Assembly: GCA_018830005.1 (NCBI GenBank)
Contig: JAHJTE010000001.1
Location: 129,332-193,331, forward strand
Direction of reading: 5' to 3'
From: Candidatus Omnitrophota bacterium
GTDB lineage: Bacteria; Omnitrophota; Gorgyraeia; JAHJTE01
DNA length: 64,000 nt
Shown here: positions 52,733 to 62,103 of the stretch, piece after piece
Position numbering within the stretch: position 1 is the stretch's first letter
How the letters are laid out: each line of letters opens with the position of its first letter
Position numbers and translations under genes: made by a program
The notes under the pieces: model-generated
The model's database searches: none
What the model was told of the DNA's origin: nothing
The model's input: the letters and a program-made list of their open reading frames with translations, nothing else

Positions 52733-53346
52733 TGGATGTTAATTTTAATAAAATCCTGACCATAATCATCAGCATGGTCTTTGTCAATAATTTTATCCTC
52801 TCTAAATTCTTAGGGCTTTGTCCTTTTATTGGCGTCTCACGAAGAACAAAACCAGCTCTTTCCATGGGCGCTGCAGTCATATTTGTTATGACCGGATCAA
52901 GTATTATTACCTGGCTCCTTTATCGTTATATCTTGGTTCCTTTTCATGTTGAATATTTGCGTACAGTATCTTTTATATTGGTTATTGCAACCTTCGTGCA
53001 ATTCGTGGAAATGTTTACGCTAAAAAATTTCCCAGCCCTTTATGAAACCCTGGGTATATATCTACCTTTAATTACTACTAACTGTGCAGTCTTAGGTGTA
53101 GCGGTATTAAATATCAATGATTTCTTTATGGAAGGCTATTCTGTTTTGGCGAGCTTTTCCTATTCTGTGATTCAGGCATTTTTTGCCGGAGTTGGTTTTA
53201 CATTAGCTCTATTTTTGATGAGTGCAATCAGAGAACGATTGGATTTAGCAGAAATACCCGAATGTTTTAAAGGTGTGCCAATTGCATTTATTGTTGCCTC
53301 ATTAATGAGCCTAGCGTTTATGGGGTTTACGGGGTTTAGGTTTTGA
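52729..53346 (+). CDS. rnfA: Rnf complex subunit A
   Basis: FLGLCPFIGVS and LPLITTNCAVLG. Confidence 0.93.
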   Translation: MMDVNFNKILTIIISMVFVNNFILSKFLGLCPFIGVSRRTKPALSMGAAVIFVMTGSSIITWLLYRYILVPFHVEYLRTVSFILVIATFVQFVEMFTLKNFPALYETLGIYLPLITTNCAVLGVAVLNINDFFMEGYSVLASFSYSVIQAFFAGVGFTLALFLMSAIRERLDLAEIPECFKGVPIAFIVASLMSLAFMGFTGFRF

Positions 53347-53384
53347 TATTGAGCGATGCGCATGGAGTTAAAAAAGAGGTAGCC

Positions 53385-54602
53385 ATGAAAAGGAAAAAGA
53401 TACTTATATTATTTCTCACGTTTTTATTTGCCAGTTCATTGGTATTTGCCGAGCCAGAAAATAACCCAAGAACAAAGGTTGTTGTTGATGGAAATAGTTC
53501 GTTTGCACTAGCTCTTTATGATAACCTGAGGAAAGAGAAGGGTAATTTGTTTCTTTCTTCCTACAGCATTTCAACTGCCCTTGCTATGACCTATGCTGGC
53601 GCGCGCGGCAATACTGCAGCACAAATGGCTGATGTTCTGTGTTTCACATTGAGTCAGGAACAATTGCATCCTGCATTTGCTGATTTGCAGGCACAGCTGA
53701 ACGAGGTGCAAGCAAAGGGTAATATTGAATTGAACGTTGCAAATGCTTTATGGGCTCAAGAAGGCTACTCTTTTCTTAGTGATTTTCTTGGTTTGACAGA
53801 TAGGTATTATGAAGCAGCACTTTTCCACGTTAACTTCGAAAGAAATACCGAATCAGCGCGCCTAGAGATTAATGCCTGGGTAGAACAAAGAACCAAAGAC
53901 AAGATAAAGGAGTTAATAAAACAAGGACTCCTAAATTCCTTTACGCGTCTTGTATTAACAAATGCCATATATTTTAAGGGTGATTGGCTAAGTCAATTTG
54001 AAAAAGATCTTACAAAACAAGCTTTGTTTTGGTTATCTAGCGATAATTCTATCAAGGTGCCCATGATGACTCAGCGAGGGAAGTTCGGTTATATGCAAGA
54101 TAGTAACTTGCAGATTCTCGAATTGCCTTATAGCGGCAATGATCTTTCTATGATTATATTGCTTCCTAAAAGAAAAGATGATTTAGCTCAAGTTGAAGAG
54201 GCACTGAATGAAAGGAATTTGAATTTATGGACGCAACATCTCAAGACCAAAGAAGTTATAGTATTCTTGCCAAGGTTTAAGATGACTTCTGAATTTTCAC
54301 TGGCTGAAACGCTTGTCTTGATGGGTATGACTGACGCATTTGATCGGTCTGCTGATTTCTCTGGAATGACTGGCAAGAAAGATTTATATATTTCCAAGGT
54401 AATTCATAAGGCGTTTATAGCTGTTGATGAGGAAGGCACTGAGGCTGCGGCAGCAACAGCAGTAGTTATGAAGCGGCTTTCAGCTTCAAATGAGGAGCCT
54501 ACTGTCATATTTCGAGCTGACCATCCTTTCATATTCTTAATCCGCCATAATCCTTCTGGAAGCATTTTGTTTTTTGGCAGAGTGATTGATCCGACAGAGT
54601 GA
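53385..54602 (+). CDS. Secreted serpin (serine protease inhibitor)
   Basis: Signal peptide, NAIYFKGDW, hinge DEEGTEAAAAT and FRADHPF. Confidence 0.95.
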   Translation: MKRKKILILFLTFLFASSLVFAEPENNPRTKVVVDGNSSFALALYDNLRKEKGNLFLSSYSISTALAMTYAGARGNTAAQMADVLCFTLSQEQLHPAFADLQAQLNEVQAKGNIELNVANALWAQEGYSFLSDFLGLTDRYYEAALFHVNFERNTESARLEINAWVEQRTKDKIKELIKQGLLNSFTRLVLTNAIYFKGDWLSQFEKDLTKQALFWLSSDNSIKVPMMTQRGKFGYMQDSNLQILELPYSGNDLSMIILLPKRKDDLAQVEEALNERNLNLWTQHLKTKEVIVFLPRFKMTSEFSLAETLVLMGMTDAFDRSADFSGMTGKKDLYISKVIHKAFIAVDEEGTEAAAATAVVMKRLSASNEEPTVIFRADHPFIFLIRHNPSGSILFFGRVIDPTE

Positions 54603-54638
54603 AATAATAAGGAGCAAGTAATTTAATATAGAGATAGT

Positions 54639-55436
54639 ATGACGGAAATACTTTATCCAACACTAACCTTAGCTATATTAGGATTGGCCTTTGGGCTAGG
54701 TTTGGCCTTTGCATCCCGGAAGTTTTGCGTGGCGCACGATAAGCGCGTTGATCAAATTGTTGAAAAGCTTCCAGGCTCAAATTGTGGAGCCTGTGGTAGG
54801 GCTGGTTGTATACAGTTTGCGCAAAGTTTAATTCAGGGCACTTGTACAATTAACACTTGTCCTGTTACGTCTTTAGAAGGCAAAGAAGATATCGCAAAGA
54901 TGCTTGGTAAGGAATTAGAGGTTGAGGTAAAAAGAATAGCTATCCTGCATTGTTGCGGCGGAAATAAAGTTGACGAAAAAAGCGATTATGACGGCGTTAA
55001 AGATTGTATAGCAGCAAATTTGCTCAGCGGAGGTCAAAAGGCCTGCAGTTGGGGCTGTTTAGGCTTTGGAAGTTGTGTAGGCGCATGTCCTTTCGGAGCG
55101 ATTGCAATGGGCAATGAGGGCCTGCCTGTAATTGATGAGGCTAAATGCACTGCCTGCGGCAACTGCGTAAAAATTTGTCCTAAAGATTTATTTATCCTTG
55201 AAGCCGTTAATAAGGAATACTTTGTTGCCTGTTCCTCGCCTGATTTAGGGCGTGATGTGATGGCAGTATGCAAAGTTGGCTGCATTGCCTGTAAGAAGTG
55301 TCAGATTAACTGTCCAACTAAGGCAATAGAAGTAATTGACAATCTAGCAAAATTTAATTATGATAAATGCCGAAATATCGGAAAGTGTCTGGAGGTTTGT
55401 CCGACAAAGGTAATCAAGAAACGGAGGATTAAATGA
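54639..55436 (+). CDS. rnfB: Rnf complex subunit B
   Basis: LPGSNCGACGRAGC and polyferredoxin motifs. Confidence 0.93.
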   Translation: MTEILYPTLTLAILGLAFGLGLAFASRKFCVAHDKRVDQIVEKLPGSNCGACGRAGCIQFAQSLIQGTCTINTCPVTSLEGKEDIAKMLGKELEVEVKRIAILHCCGGNKVDEKSDYDGVKDCIAANLLSGGQKACSWGCLGFGSCVGACPFGAIAMGNEGLPVIDEAKCTACGNCVKICPKDLFILEAVNKEYFVACSSPDLGRDVMAVCKVGCIACKKCQINCPTKAIEVIDNLAKFNYDKCRNIGKCLEVCPTKVIKKRRIK

Positions 55437-56032
55437 AGATAGCCGTATTCGCATCAGGCCGCGGCACTAATCTAGCTGCGATTATTAAGGCAAAGAAAAA
55501 AGGTATAATTAATGCTGAGATTAGCCTTGTTGTTTCTGATAATAAAAAGGCGCTTGCCTTAAAAAAGGCCCAACGCGCCGGGATAAAGGCAGTATTTATT
55601 GATCCTTTAAGGTTCCTATCAAAGCAAGAATTTGAAGCAGAGATTATTAAGGCGCTAGAGGCCGAAGGCATTGACTTGATAGCCTTGGCAGGGTTTATGC
55701 GCATATTGAGCACTGATTTTGTGATTCGTTTTAAAAATAAAATAATTAACATTCATCCGGCGATATTGCCTTCTTTTAAAGGCGCGCATGGTATAAATGA
55801 AGCCTTTGATTATGGCGTGAAGGTTACAGGGGTTACTGTTCATTTTGTTGATGAGGCCATGGATCATGGGCCGATTATATTGCAGAAGGCAGTTTCTGTT
55901 GATGAAAAAGACACGTTAGAGACCTTAGAGTCTAAAATCCATAAGGTTGAACATAAGATTTATCCAGAGGCTATTCGTTTATTTGTTGAAGGTCGCTTAA
56001 GAATAGAAGGCAGGAAGGTGTATATTGCTTAA
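55433..56032 (+). CDS. purN: Phosphoribosylglycinamide formyltransferase
   Basis: SGRGTNL, LAGFMRIL, NIHP and DHGPII. Confidence 0.95.
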   Translation: MKIAVFASGRGTNLAAIIKAKKKGIINAEISLVVSDNKKALALKKAQRAGIKAVFIDPLRFLSKQEFEAEIIKALEAEGIDLIALAGFMRILSTDFVIRFKNKIINIHPAILPSFKGAHGINEAFDYGVKVTGVTVHFVDEAMDHGPIILQKAVSVDEKDTLETLESKIHKVEHKIYPEAIRLFVEGRLRIEGRKVYIA

Positions 56033-56495
56033 GATTATCGGCTTCATTTTATTATTTCTATTTATTCTCTCTCTTGTATTATTTGCACAGCAGGCAGAGA
56101 AATTGAAATTTTCAAGTTCAGTCGATAAGACAGAGATTAGCCTTGGAGAGCTACTCAATTTTAAGGTTACTGTTGAGGGCAGTTTTAAAGGAAGCCCAGA
56201 GATAAAGCTGCCTAAGTTAAGAGATGATTTTGATATTGTCTCCCAAACGCAATCGCATAGAATATCTATCGAGGCAGGCAAGAAAAACAGGATATTCGTT
56301 TTAAATCTCATGCTTTTAGCCAAGCGGGAAGGCCAAATTAATATCGCTGCAGCAGAGCTAAAGCAGGGATCAAAGGTCTATACTACAGAGCCTATGGAGA
56401 TAACTGTTAAACCAGGTAAAGGTGAGAAGAAATTCCTGAGAGAACCAGAAGAGGAATTTCCCGCAGAAGAAGAAGTTGAGAGGATTACTCTTTAG
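56025..56495 (+). CDS. BatD-family single Ig-like domain protein
   Basis: Signal peptide, [16 protein letters not shown] and G.INI. Confidence 0.7.
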   Translation: MLKIIGFILLFLFILSLVLFAQQAEKLKFSSSVDKTEISLGELLNFKVTVEGSFKGSPEIKLPKLRDDFDIVSQTQSHRISIEAGKKNRIFVLNLMLLAKREGQINIAAAELKQGSKVYTTEPMEITVKPGKGEKKFLREPEEEFPAEEEVERITL

Positions 56496-56524
56496 AACTT
56501 ATTTTTTATAAATGGGGGTTAATA

Positions 56525-57802
56525 ATGGCAAAGATTAGTAAAATAATAGGACGCCAGATTTTAGATTCGCGCGGCAATCCCACTGTTGAGGTGGACTGTA
56601 TCTTGGATAATTCTTGCTTAGCCAGGGCAGCAGTGCCATCTGGGGCATCAACAGGAGAGCTTGAGGCATTGGAATTGCGCGACGGCGATAAAACAAAATA
56701 TCTAGGTAAGGGTGTTACCAAGGCAGTAAATAACATAAATAATATAATTGCCAAGAAAGTAGGAAGTATGCCGCCTGATTTTAGAAAGGTAGACTCTTTA
56801 ATGCTTACTATGGATGGCACTCTGAATAAGTCAAAGCTGGGTGCGAATGCGATCCTTGCAGTATCATTAGCTGTAGCTAAGGCAGCAGCAAATGATAGGG
56901 GAGTGCCTTTTTTTCGATTCTTAGGAGGCAACAGCGCTAATATCTTGCCGGTTCCCTTGATGAATATCTTAAATGGCGGGATGCACGCAGATAATAATCT
57001 TGATATTCAGGAGTTTATGATTGCGCCAGTTGGCGCGCCTACTTTTAGTGAGGCATTGCGTTATGGCTGTGAAGTATTTCACCATTTAAAAGAGATTCTT
57101 AAATCCAAGAATTTGACTACTTCCGTCGGAGATGAAGGGGGTTTTGCACCGAATTTAAAATCAAACGAAGAGGCAATTGAACTGATTATGCAGGCCAGCG
57201 AAAAGTGCGGGCATCGCGCTGGCGAAGATATCTTTATAGCACTTGACGCTGCAGCCAGCTCTTTTGGTAAGAAGGGTACATATAATCTAAAAGAAGCAGA
57301 AAAGCCATTAAGCTCGGATGAAATTATTGCGATATATGCTGATTTGCAGTCTCGTTATCCGATTATTTCTTTAGAGGATGGTCTAGGTGAAGATGATTGG
57401 GGTGGTTGGGCGAGGCTAACGGAAAGATTAGGGCCGAATTTGCAATTAGTGGGTGATGATATCTTTGTTACGAACCCTAAGATTTTCCAGAAAGGCATCG
57501 ATGGCAATATTGCAAATGCTATCCTTGTGAAGGTAAATCAGATTGGCACGCTTTCAGAAACATTGGAGACTATTGACTTGGCAAAGAAAAATAAGTATAA
57601 TGCCATTATATCTCATCGCTCCGGAGAGACAGAAGATGTAACCATAGCACATCTTGCTGTAGCAACCGGCGTTGGCCAAATCAAGACCGGTTCGGTTTCC
57701 CGCACAGACCGTATTGCCAAATACAATGAGTTGTTAAGGATTGAGGAATTCTTAGGTAAAGATGCTGTCTATGCAGGAGTGGAATTCAAACTAAAAGGTT
57801 GA
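56525..57802 (+). CDS. eno: Enolase
   Basis: [25 protein letters not shown] and SHRSGET. Confidence 0.98.
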   Translation: MAKISKIIGRQILDSRGNPTVEVDCILDNSCLARAAVPSGASTGELEALELRDGDKTKYLGKGVTKAVNNINNIIAKKVGSMPPDFRKVDSLMLTMDGTLNKSKLGANAILAVSLAVAKAAANDRGVPFFRFLGGNSANILPVPLMNILNGGMHADNNLDIQEFMIAPVGAPTFSEALRYGCEVFHHLKEILKSKNLTTSVGDEGGFAPNLKSNEEAIELIMQASEKCGHRAGEDIFIALDAAASSFGKKGTYNLKEAEKPLSSDEIIAIYADLQSRYPIISLEDGLGEDDWGGWARLTERLGPNLQLVGDDIFVTNPKIFQKGIDGNIANAILVKVNQIGTLSETLETIDLAKKNKYNAIISHRSGETEDVTIAHLAVATGVGQIKTGSVSRTDRIAKYNELLRIEEFLGKDAVYAGVEFKLKG

Positions 57803-58074
57803 TGATGGTACGCTCAATTATTATATGCGCGATTGCCATTATTGTTTTAATAATCTTTATTCCCGGATTTGCCAGGATGCAGGAGTTAAAGGCAAAAAAT
57901 AGAGATTTAAAAAAACAGATTGGGGAAATAACAGAAGAAAACCTCGTCTTAAAAAAAGACATAGATAGATTGCAACATGATAGTGTATATCTAGAAGGCG
58001 TAGCCCGGGAAAAGATGGGCGTTGTTAGAAAGGGAGAGGTAATTTACCATATAGTTCCTGAAGAGAAAAAATAA
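57799..58074 (+). CDS. ftsB: Septum formation initiator (FtsB/DivIC)
   Basis: TM helix, coiled coil and [15 protein letters not shown]; follows eno. Confidence 0.85.
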   Translation: MMMVRSIIICAIAIIVLIIFIPGFARMQELKAKNRDLKKQIGEITEENLVLKKDIDRLQHDSVYLEGVAREKMGVVRKGEVIYHIVPEEKK

Positions 58075-58075
58075 T

Positions 58076-58152
58076 CGCGGGGTGGAGCAGCCTGGTAGCT
58101 CGCAAGGCTCATAACCTTGAGGTCAGTGGTTCAAATCCACTCCCCGCAACCA
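58076..58152 (+). tRNA. Initiator tRNA-fMet(CAT)
   Basis: C1:A72 mismatch, anticodon loop CTCATAA, encoded CCA. Confidence 0.95.
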
Positions 58153-58190
58153 ATAAAAGAGGCGCTAGACACGGGTGCCTCTTTTTATTT
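58153..58190 (+). terminator. Terminator after tRNA-fMet
   Basis: AAAAGAGGCGC...GTGCCTCTTTTT. Confidence 0.75.
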
Positions 58191-58291
58191 ATAACTACCT
58201 GAAGATAAAAGATATCGAGAAGCTAAGATAAATTCATTTTCTCTGGTAATTTCTATAAGATTCTGGTATTATTTACTGTAGAGGCGTAATT

Positions 58292-59008
58292 ATGAAAAAG
58301 ATACTTTATATTCTCGGATCAGTAGTATTAGGTTCGGTGATAATCTTATTTGCTAAATCGACTTTTGTTACTTTATCTATTGAGGATAAGATTGCTAAGA
58401 TTACTGGTCTTCCTTCAGAAGTTGTCAGTGTGGATTCAGGTTATTTTCTAACAATTAAAGGCCTAAAAATAAGAAATCCAGAAGGTTTTAGCGATGAGGC
58501 AATGATTGATATTTCCAGTATGACCATTGATGAGAATTTAGGCCAGATGGAACTTATAGTTGATGAGCTTTTAGTTGAAAAGAGTCCCACTGGCAGATTA
58601 AATATTGATTACCTAAACGCGGAGGAAGCAGGCGAACCAGATTTAAAGATAAATCGATTAAGGCTTCATATTAACAAGGTGAAATTTAAGGACGGCACTA
58701 AAGAAAAAGAATTTGATGTAGATATTCATAAAGAATATGTGAATTTGCCCCAGCCGCTTGATGTGGCTAAAATCATTATCGTAGAAGGCATAGGTGATAC
58801 TCCATTAGGCGATGATGAAGATATTGATACAGATGATATGGAAGATGATGTCGATGACGTTATTGATGACGGAGAGGTCATTGATGCTGACGGCGATGGC
58901 GATGGAGATGATGACGGTGATGGAGATGATGACGGTGATGGAGATGATGACGGTGATGGAGATGATGACGGGGTTGACCCGACTTGGCAAGGAGGATGGT
59001 ACGAGTAG
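58292..59008 (+). CDS. AsmA-like membrane-anchored protein with Asp/Gly-rich tail
   Basis: N-terminal TM helix, IKGLKIRNPEGFS motif, (DGDDDG)n tail. Confidence 0.65.
   Translation: MKKILYILGSVVLGSVIILFAKSTFVTLSIEDKIAKITGLPSEVVSVDSGYFLTIKGLKIRNPEGFSDEAMIDISSMTIDENLGQMELIVDELLVEKSPTGRLNIDYLNAEEAGEPDLKINRLRLHINKVKFKDGTKEKEFDVDIHKEYVNLPQPLDVAKIIIVEGIGDTPLGDDEDIDTDDMEDDVDDVIDDGEVIDADGDGDGDDDGDGDDDGDGDDDGDGDDDGVDPTWQGGWYE
58901..58971 (+). repeat. 18-bp in-frame tandem repeat
   Basis: GATGGAGATGATGACGGT x4. Confidence 0.9.
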
Positions 59009-59679
59009 TGAAATTAAAACTTAAGAGATCGATAGGCTTTAGTCCCTTAGAAGTAATCCAATCAAAGCAGATGTTCCGCTTGCGGCGTAGACTTCTAAGA
59101 GGATTTACTCTTATTGAGTTAGTTATAGCTATAGCACTTTTGGCTATTCTTGGGGCAGCAGCAGTAATTGCTTTCCAGAGTATTCATACTAAGGCACAAA
59201 TAGCTAATGCAAAAGCAACCCTTAAAAGTGTAAGAAGCGCTATCCTTATTCAAAGGGCTAATAATGAACTTAACAATATTACTAGTGATGGCTGTCATCA
59301 GCGACAGAATTCTTGGCCTACTTACGAAGAAGTTAGGAGAGCGTCTTACAATGCAGAAGTAGATAATTCTATTTTAAGTTCGCGCATGCCGCCAAATCTT
59401 TTGATGGGACCTCCTCCTGCTAATCTAGTAGCACCCAGAAGCCCTCCTTTTACTAACAGTTTTGTAGCTAACACTGATTGCGGTAGTAATCCGGGTCAGA
59501 TAATATACTCCCTCCCTGATACTTTAGGCGCTAATCCTTCCAATAATTTAGTTGTTGCTACGACTGATCCCAAAGGATCCCTTTGTGTTGCTGATCCTTG
59601 CAAAGCAGCTTGGGCCTATAATCCTTACACCGGTGACTTCTGGGCTAGTTCTAGTGCTTACGGTTCAAATAATTGGTGA
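59008..59679 (+). CDS. Type IV pilin-like protein with extended leader
   Basis: GTG start overlapping the upstream TAG; G/FTLIELVIAIALL prepilin motif. Confidence 0.8.
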   Translation: MKLKLKRSIGFSPLEVIQSKQMFRLRRRLLRGFTLIELVIAIALLAILGAAAVIAFQSIHTKAQIANAKATLKSVRSAILIQRANNELNNITSDGCHQRQNSWPTYEEVRRASYNAEVDNSILSSRMPPNLLMGPPPANLVAPRSPPFTNSFVANTDCGSNPGQIIYSLPDTLGANPSNNLVVATTDPKGSLCVADPCKAAWAYNPYTGDFWASSSAYGSNNW

Positions 59680-59773
59680 TTTTTTAACTTCCCGCCTCTA
59701 AAACCTTCCTTAATTAATTTATGCAATTTCTCTTTTGACGAATAGGCCTTAAATTGATATAATAAGTCAGTAT

Positions 59774-60145
59774 ATGCGCTATATAATAATATTAGTAAGT
59801 CTGGCATTGTTCTTAGCCGGTTGCAGTCAGAATCTTAACTTATTGTTGCGCCTGGATAAAGAAAACAAGGCAATAAATCGGCAACTTAAGTTGCAAGAGG
59901 GAAAATTTGAGTTGTTGCTTGCTGATATAGAGCGGGGCAGCATAAAGCAAGGACTCACGAAAAAATATATTATAGCCCGCTACGGCGAGCCTATCTTAGA
60001 AATACCTCTTGAGGGCCGAGTTGGACTTATGAAACTATTGTATCGGCGGCCTCTCGAGTATTTTAATACTACTAAGGTCTATTTATACTTTGATAGCAGC
60101 GAAAAGTTATTGAAGTGGGACGTCATAGTAAGAGATTCAGGATAA
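59774..60145 (+). CDS. Lipoprotein (BamE/SmpA-like fold possible)
   Basis: LAGC lipobox; GLTK..I...YGEP...YLYFD. Confidence 0.65.
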   Translation: MRYIIILVSLALFLAGCSQNLNLLLRLDKENKAINRQLKLQEGKFELLLADIERGSIKQGLTKKYIIARYGEPILEIPLEGRVGLMKLLYRRPLEYFNTTKVYLYFDSSEKLLKWDVIVRDSG

Positions 60146-60173
60146 GTCTCGTTTATAATCTAGGAGATAGTTT

Positions 60174-60476
60174 ATGTTTGTCTTATCTAATTTTGTATCA
60201 GCCTTAGCCCAGATAGTAGATGTCCTTCTGACCATTGCTTATTGGCTGATATTGATTCGAGCCCTTATCAGTTGGGTAAACCCGGATCCCTATAATCCGA
60301 TTGTGCAGATTCTCTATAAGACGACCGAGCCAATACTTTATCCGATTCGCAAAATATTACCTTTGGATTTTCGTTTCGGCATAGATATTTCGCCGATAAT
60401 AGCCTTTTTGGCTATATTCTTTTTAAAATCATTTTTAGTAAAGACCTTGTTGGATTTAAGTATTAACTTACGATAG
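60174..60476 (+). CDS. yggT: YggT family membrane protein
   Basis: ISWVNPDPYNP, TEP and IDISP. Confidence 0.9.
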   Translation: MFVLSNFVSALAQIVDVLLTIAYWLILIRALISWVNPDPYNPIVQILYKTTEPILYPIRKILPLDFRFGIDISPIIAFLAIFFLKSFLVKTLLDLSINLR

Positions 60477-60485
60477 GATGCGAAC

Positions 60486-61145
60486 ATGATTAGTATTATT
60501 GTGACTACTTTTATTATAGTAGCGCTTAGCGCTATTATGGAGATTGCTGCTACTGCCCTAAAACTTACTGGGATAAATCTCCATATTGCCCGTTTTCAGG
60601 CGCTTTCTGCCTTAACCGGTACAGGCTTTACTACTAGAGAGGCCGAGTCAATAATGGAACATAGACAACGGCGGATTATTATAATGATTCTGATGATTGT
60701 TGGGCCTATTGGTTTTCTTACTATATTGGGTTCAGTATTAGTTTCTATTAGAGAAGATATATTTCTTTACGAATTACTTAGTATCCTTGTTGTAATTTTT
60801 ATAATCTTAAGAATTTTTAAGAGCAAATTTATTGGTTCTATATTTCACAAAATTGTCGAACGACAGATAAAAAAGAGGCGCTTATTCAGAAAGGTCATAT
60901 TAGAAGAAGTGCTCACCCTTGATGAAAATCTTGGTGTATGTGAATTTATCGTTACTGAGAATTCTAAGGTAGTTGAAAAAAAGCTCTTGGACACTAATTT
61001 TAAAAACGAAGGTTTTATAGTTTTGGCCATTGAAAGGGGAGATGGCGTATTAAGTGCTCCTAAGGGTTCAGAGACGATTCAAAAAGGAGATAGATTAGTA
61101 GTTTTTGGCAACGTAAAAAACATGAAGCAGGAATTAATTGGTTAG
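60486..61145 (+). CDS. Potassium-channel-like membrane protein with TrkA-C (RCK-C) domain
   Basis: FQALSALTGTGFTTREAE; VLAIER...GDRLVVFG. Confidence 0.8.
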   Translation: MISIIVTTFIIVALSAIMEIAATALKLTGINLHIARFQALSALTGTGFTTREAESIMEHRQRRIIIMILMIVGPIGFLTILGSVLVSIREDIFLYELLSILVVIFIILRIFKSKFIGSIFHKIVERQIKKRRLFRKVILEEVLTLDENLGVCEFIVTENSKVVEKKLLDTNFKNEGFIVLAIERGDGVLSAPKGSETIQKGDRLVVFGNVKNMKQELIG

Positions 61146-61151
61146 AATAGA

Positions 61152-61180
61152 TTGACATTTATTAGAGAAAATAATACAAT
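61152..61180 (+). promoter_or_regulatory. Sigma70 promoter of the pilin gene
   Basis: TTGACA-17-TACAAT. Confidence 0.65.
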
Positions 61181-61208
61181 ATGTTCGTATAAAATTTGGA
61201 GGTTAGGC

Positions 61209-61664
61209 GTGCAAAAGAATATCAGAGATAATCATCATTTAAAAGGATTTACCCTTGTTGAGATTATGATTGTTGTAGCTGTTATTGCCCTTCTGGCTGC
61301 CTTTGCTATTCCCAATTTCCTACGAGCAAGAGTAAGCGCAAATGAGACCGCAGCTCAAAGTTCTTTAAGGACAGTCCATACTGCTGTTGAAAGCTATAAA
61401 TCAGTAGGCACTTCTTATCCTTCTGACTTAAGTATTTTGTCTTCCTCTACTCCGCCATATATAGATTCTGTTTTGGGAGCAGGCTCAAAACAAGGTTATA
61501 GTTTTGTTTTAACAGGATTGGCTAATACCTTTACTGCAACAGCGCGGCCACAGACTTTTGGCAGAACTGGTGAAAGAAGCTTCTATGTTGACGAAAGCGC
61601 GGTTATTCGCTATACACATGAAAACCGCGACCCAACTTCTGCTGACTCGCCCATCATACCCTAG
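61209..61664 (+). CDS. Type IV pilin
   Basis: GGAGG SD, GTG start, G/FTLVEIMIVV..IP, ANE.AA and GERSFYVDES. Confidence 0.88.
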   Translation: MQKNIRDNHHLKGFTLVEIMIVVAVIALLAAFAIPNFLRARVSANETAAQSSLRTVHTAVESYKSVGTSYPSDLSILSSSTPPYIDSVLGAGSKQGYSFVLTGLANTFTATARPQTFGRTGERSFYVDESAVIRYTHENRDPTSADSPIIP

Positions 61665-61727
61665 AAACAGGCTTATCGCTATAATTCCTAGTCGAATAAA
61701 AATACTCTAGATAAAGCTTGGCCTATT

Positions 61728-61765
61728 AAAAAAAATCCCGCCCCACAACATTATAGCAGGGCGGG
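61728..61765 (-). terminator. Intrinsic terminator of the minus-strand ncRNA (possibly bidirectional)
   Basis: Minus strand CCCGCCC...GGGCGGG followed by A and T8. Confidence 0.8.
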
Positions 61766-61787
61766 TAAATTATTATTTTATTATTCC

Positions 61788-62098
61788 TGGCGAAACCGAT
61801 TCTGCTGTTGGTCTTCACTTCGGCAACCCAGCCGCCATATTACTTTTTGTCCTGAAAGATTATCTGCACTTTTTTCGTCTCTTCCTACCAGAAGGACACT
61901 GGTAGGCTTCTCGTGCATCTTCTTATCTAAAAGTAACTTAGGTCTGTTGGCTTTGCCTCTAGGCATTCAACATGCCTCGAGATCCTGAGAGTTTTAACCC
62001 TCAGGACGTCCTTCGATTTCTCGAAGTTTGCCCCTCCTAATCCTAAGGAGGACCACTGCTACTGCTCTTTAAAGGCAGTGGCTTTATCGGCTCCGCCA
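61788..62098 (-). ncRNA. Large stand-alone structured RNA containing an expanded c-di-GMP-I aptamer core
   Basis: 13-bp closing helix; GGGCAAA-CTTCGA-GAAA-TCGAAG-GAC; GCAAAGCC; CCTAAG/TATGG receptor; GGGTTGCC; several additional helices; own promoter and terminator. Confidence 0.8.
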
Positions 62099-62103
62099 AT
62101 TAA

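Noticed and set aside
47741-58152. Integrative element or prophage at the tRNA genes
   Set aside because: No integrase, no duplicated tRNA 3' end seen, and flanking genes are housekeeping
22002-58971. CRISPR array among the short repeats at 22002, 49301 and 58901
   Set aside because: The repeats are contiguous, lack unique spacers and have no cas genes nearby
58805-59024. Alternative-frame and antisense ORFs with MEMMTV or ISITVI repeats
   Set aside because: By-products of the 18-bp repeat within the 58292-59008 gene
61781-61966. 61-aa minus-strand ORF inside the large RNA
   Set aside because: No SD, the start lies within a hairpin, no recognisable motif; the sequence is explained by RNA helices
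61788-62098. Identification of the large RNA as RNase P RNA, tmRNA, SRP RNA or 6S RNA
   Set aside because: Lacks GAGGAAAGUCC and the P4 partner, tRNA-like ends with a tag ORF, the SRP GGAA loop domain and the 6S rod-with-bubble shape; an Rfam scan is still needed
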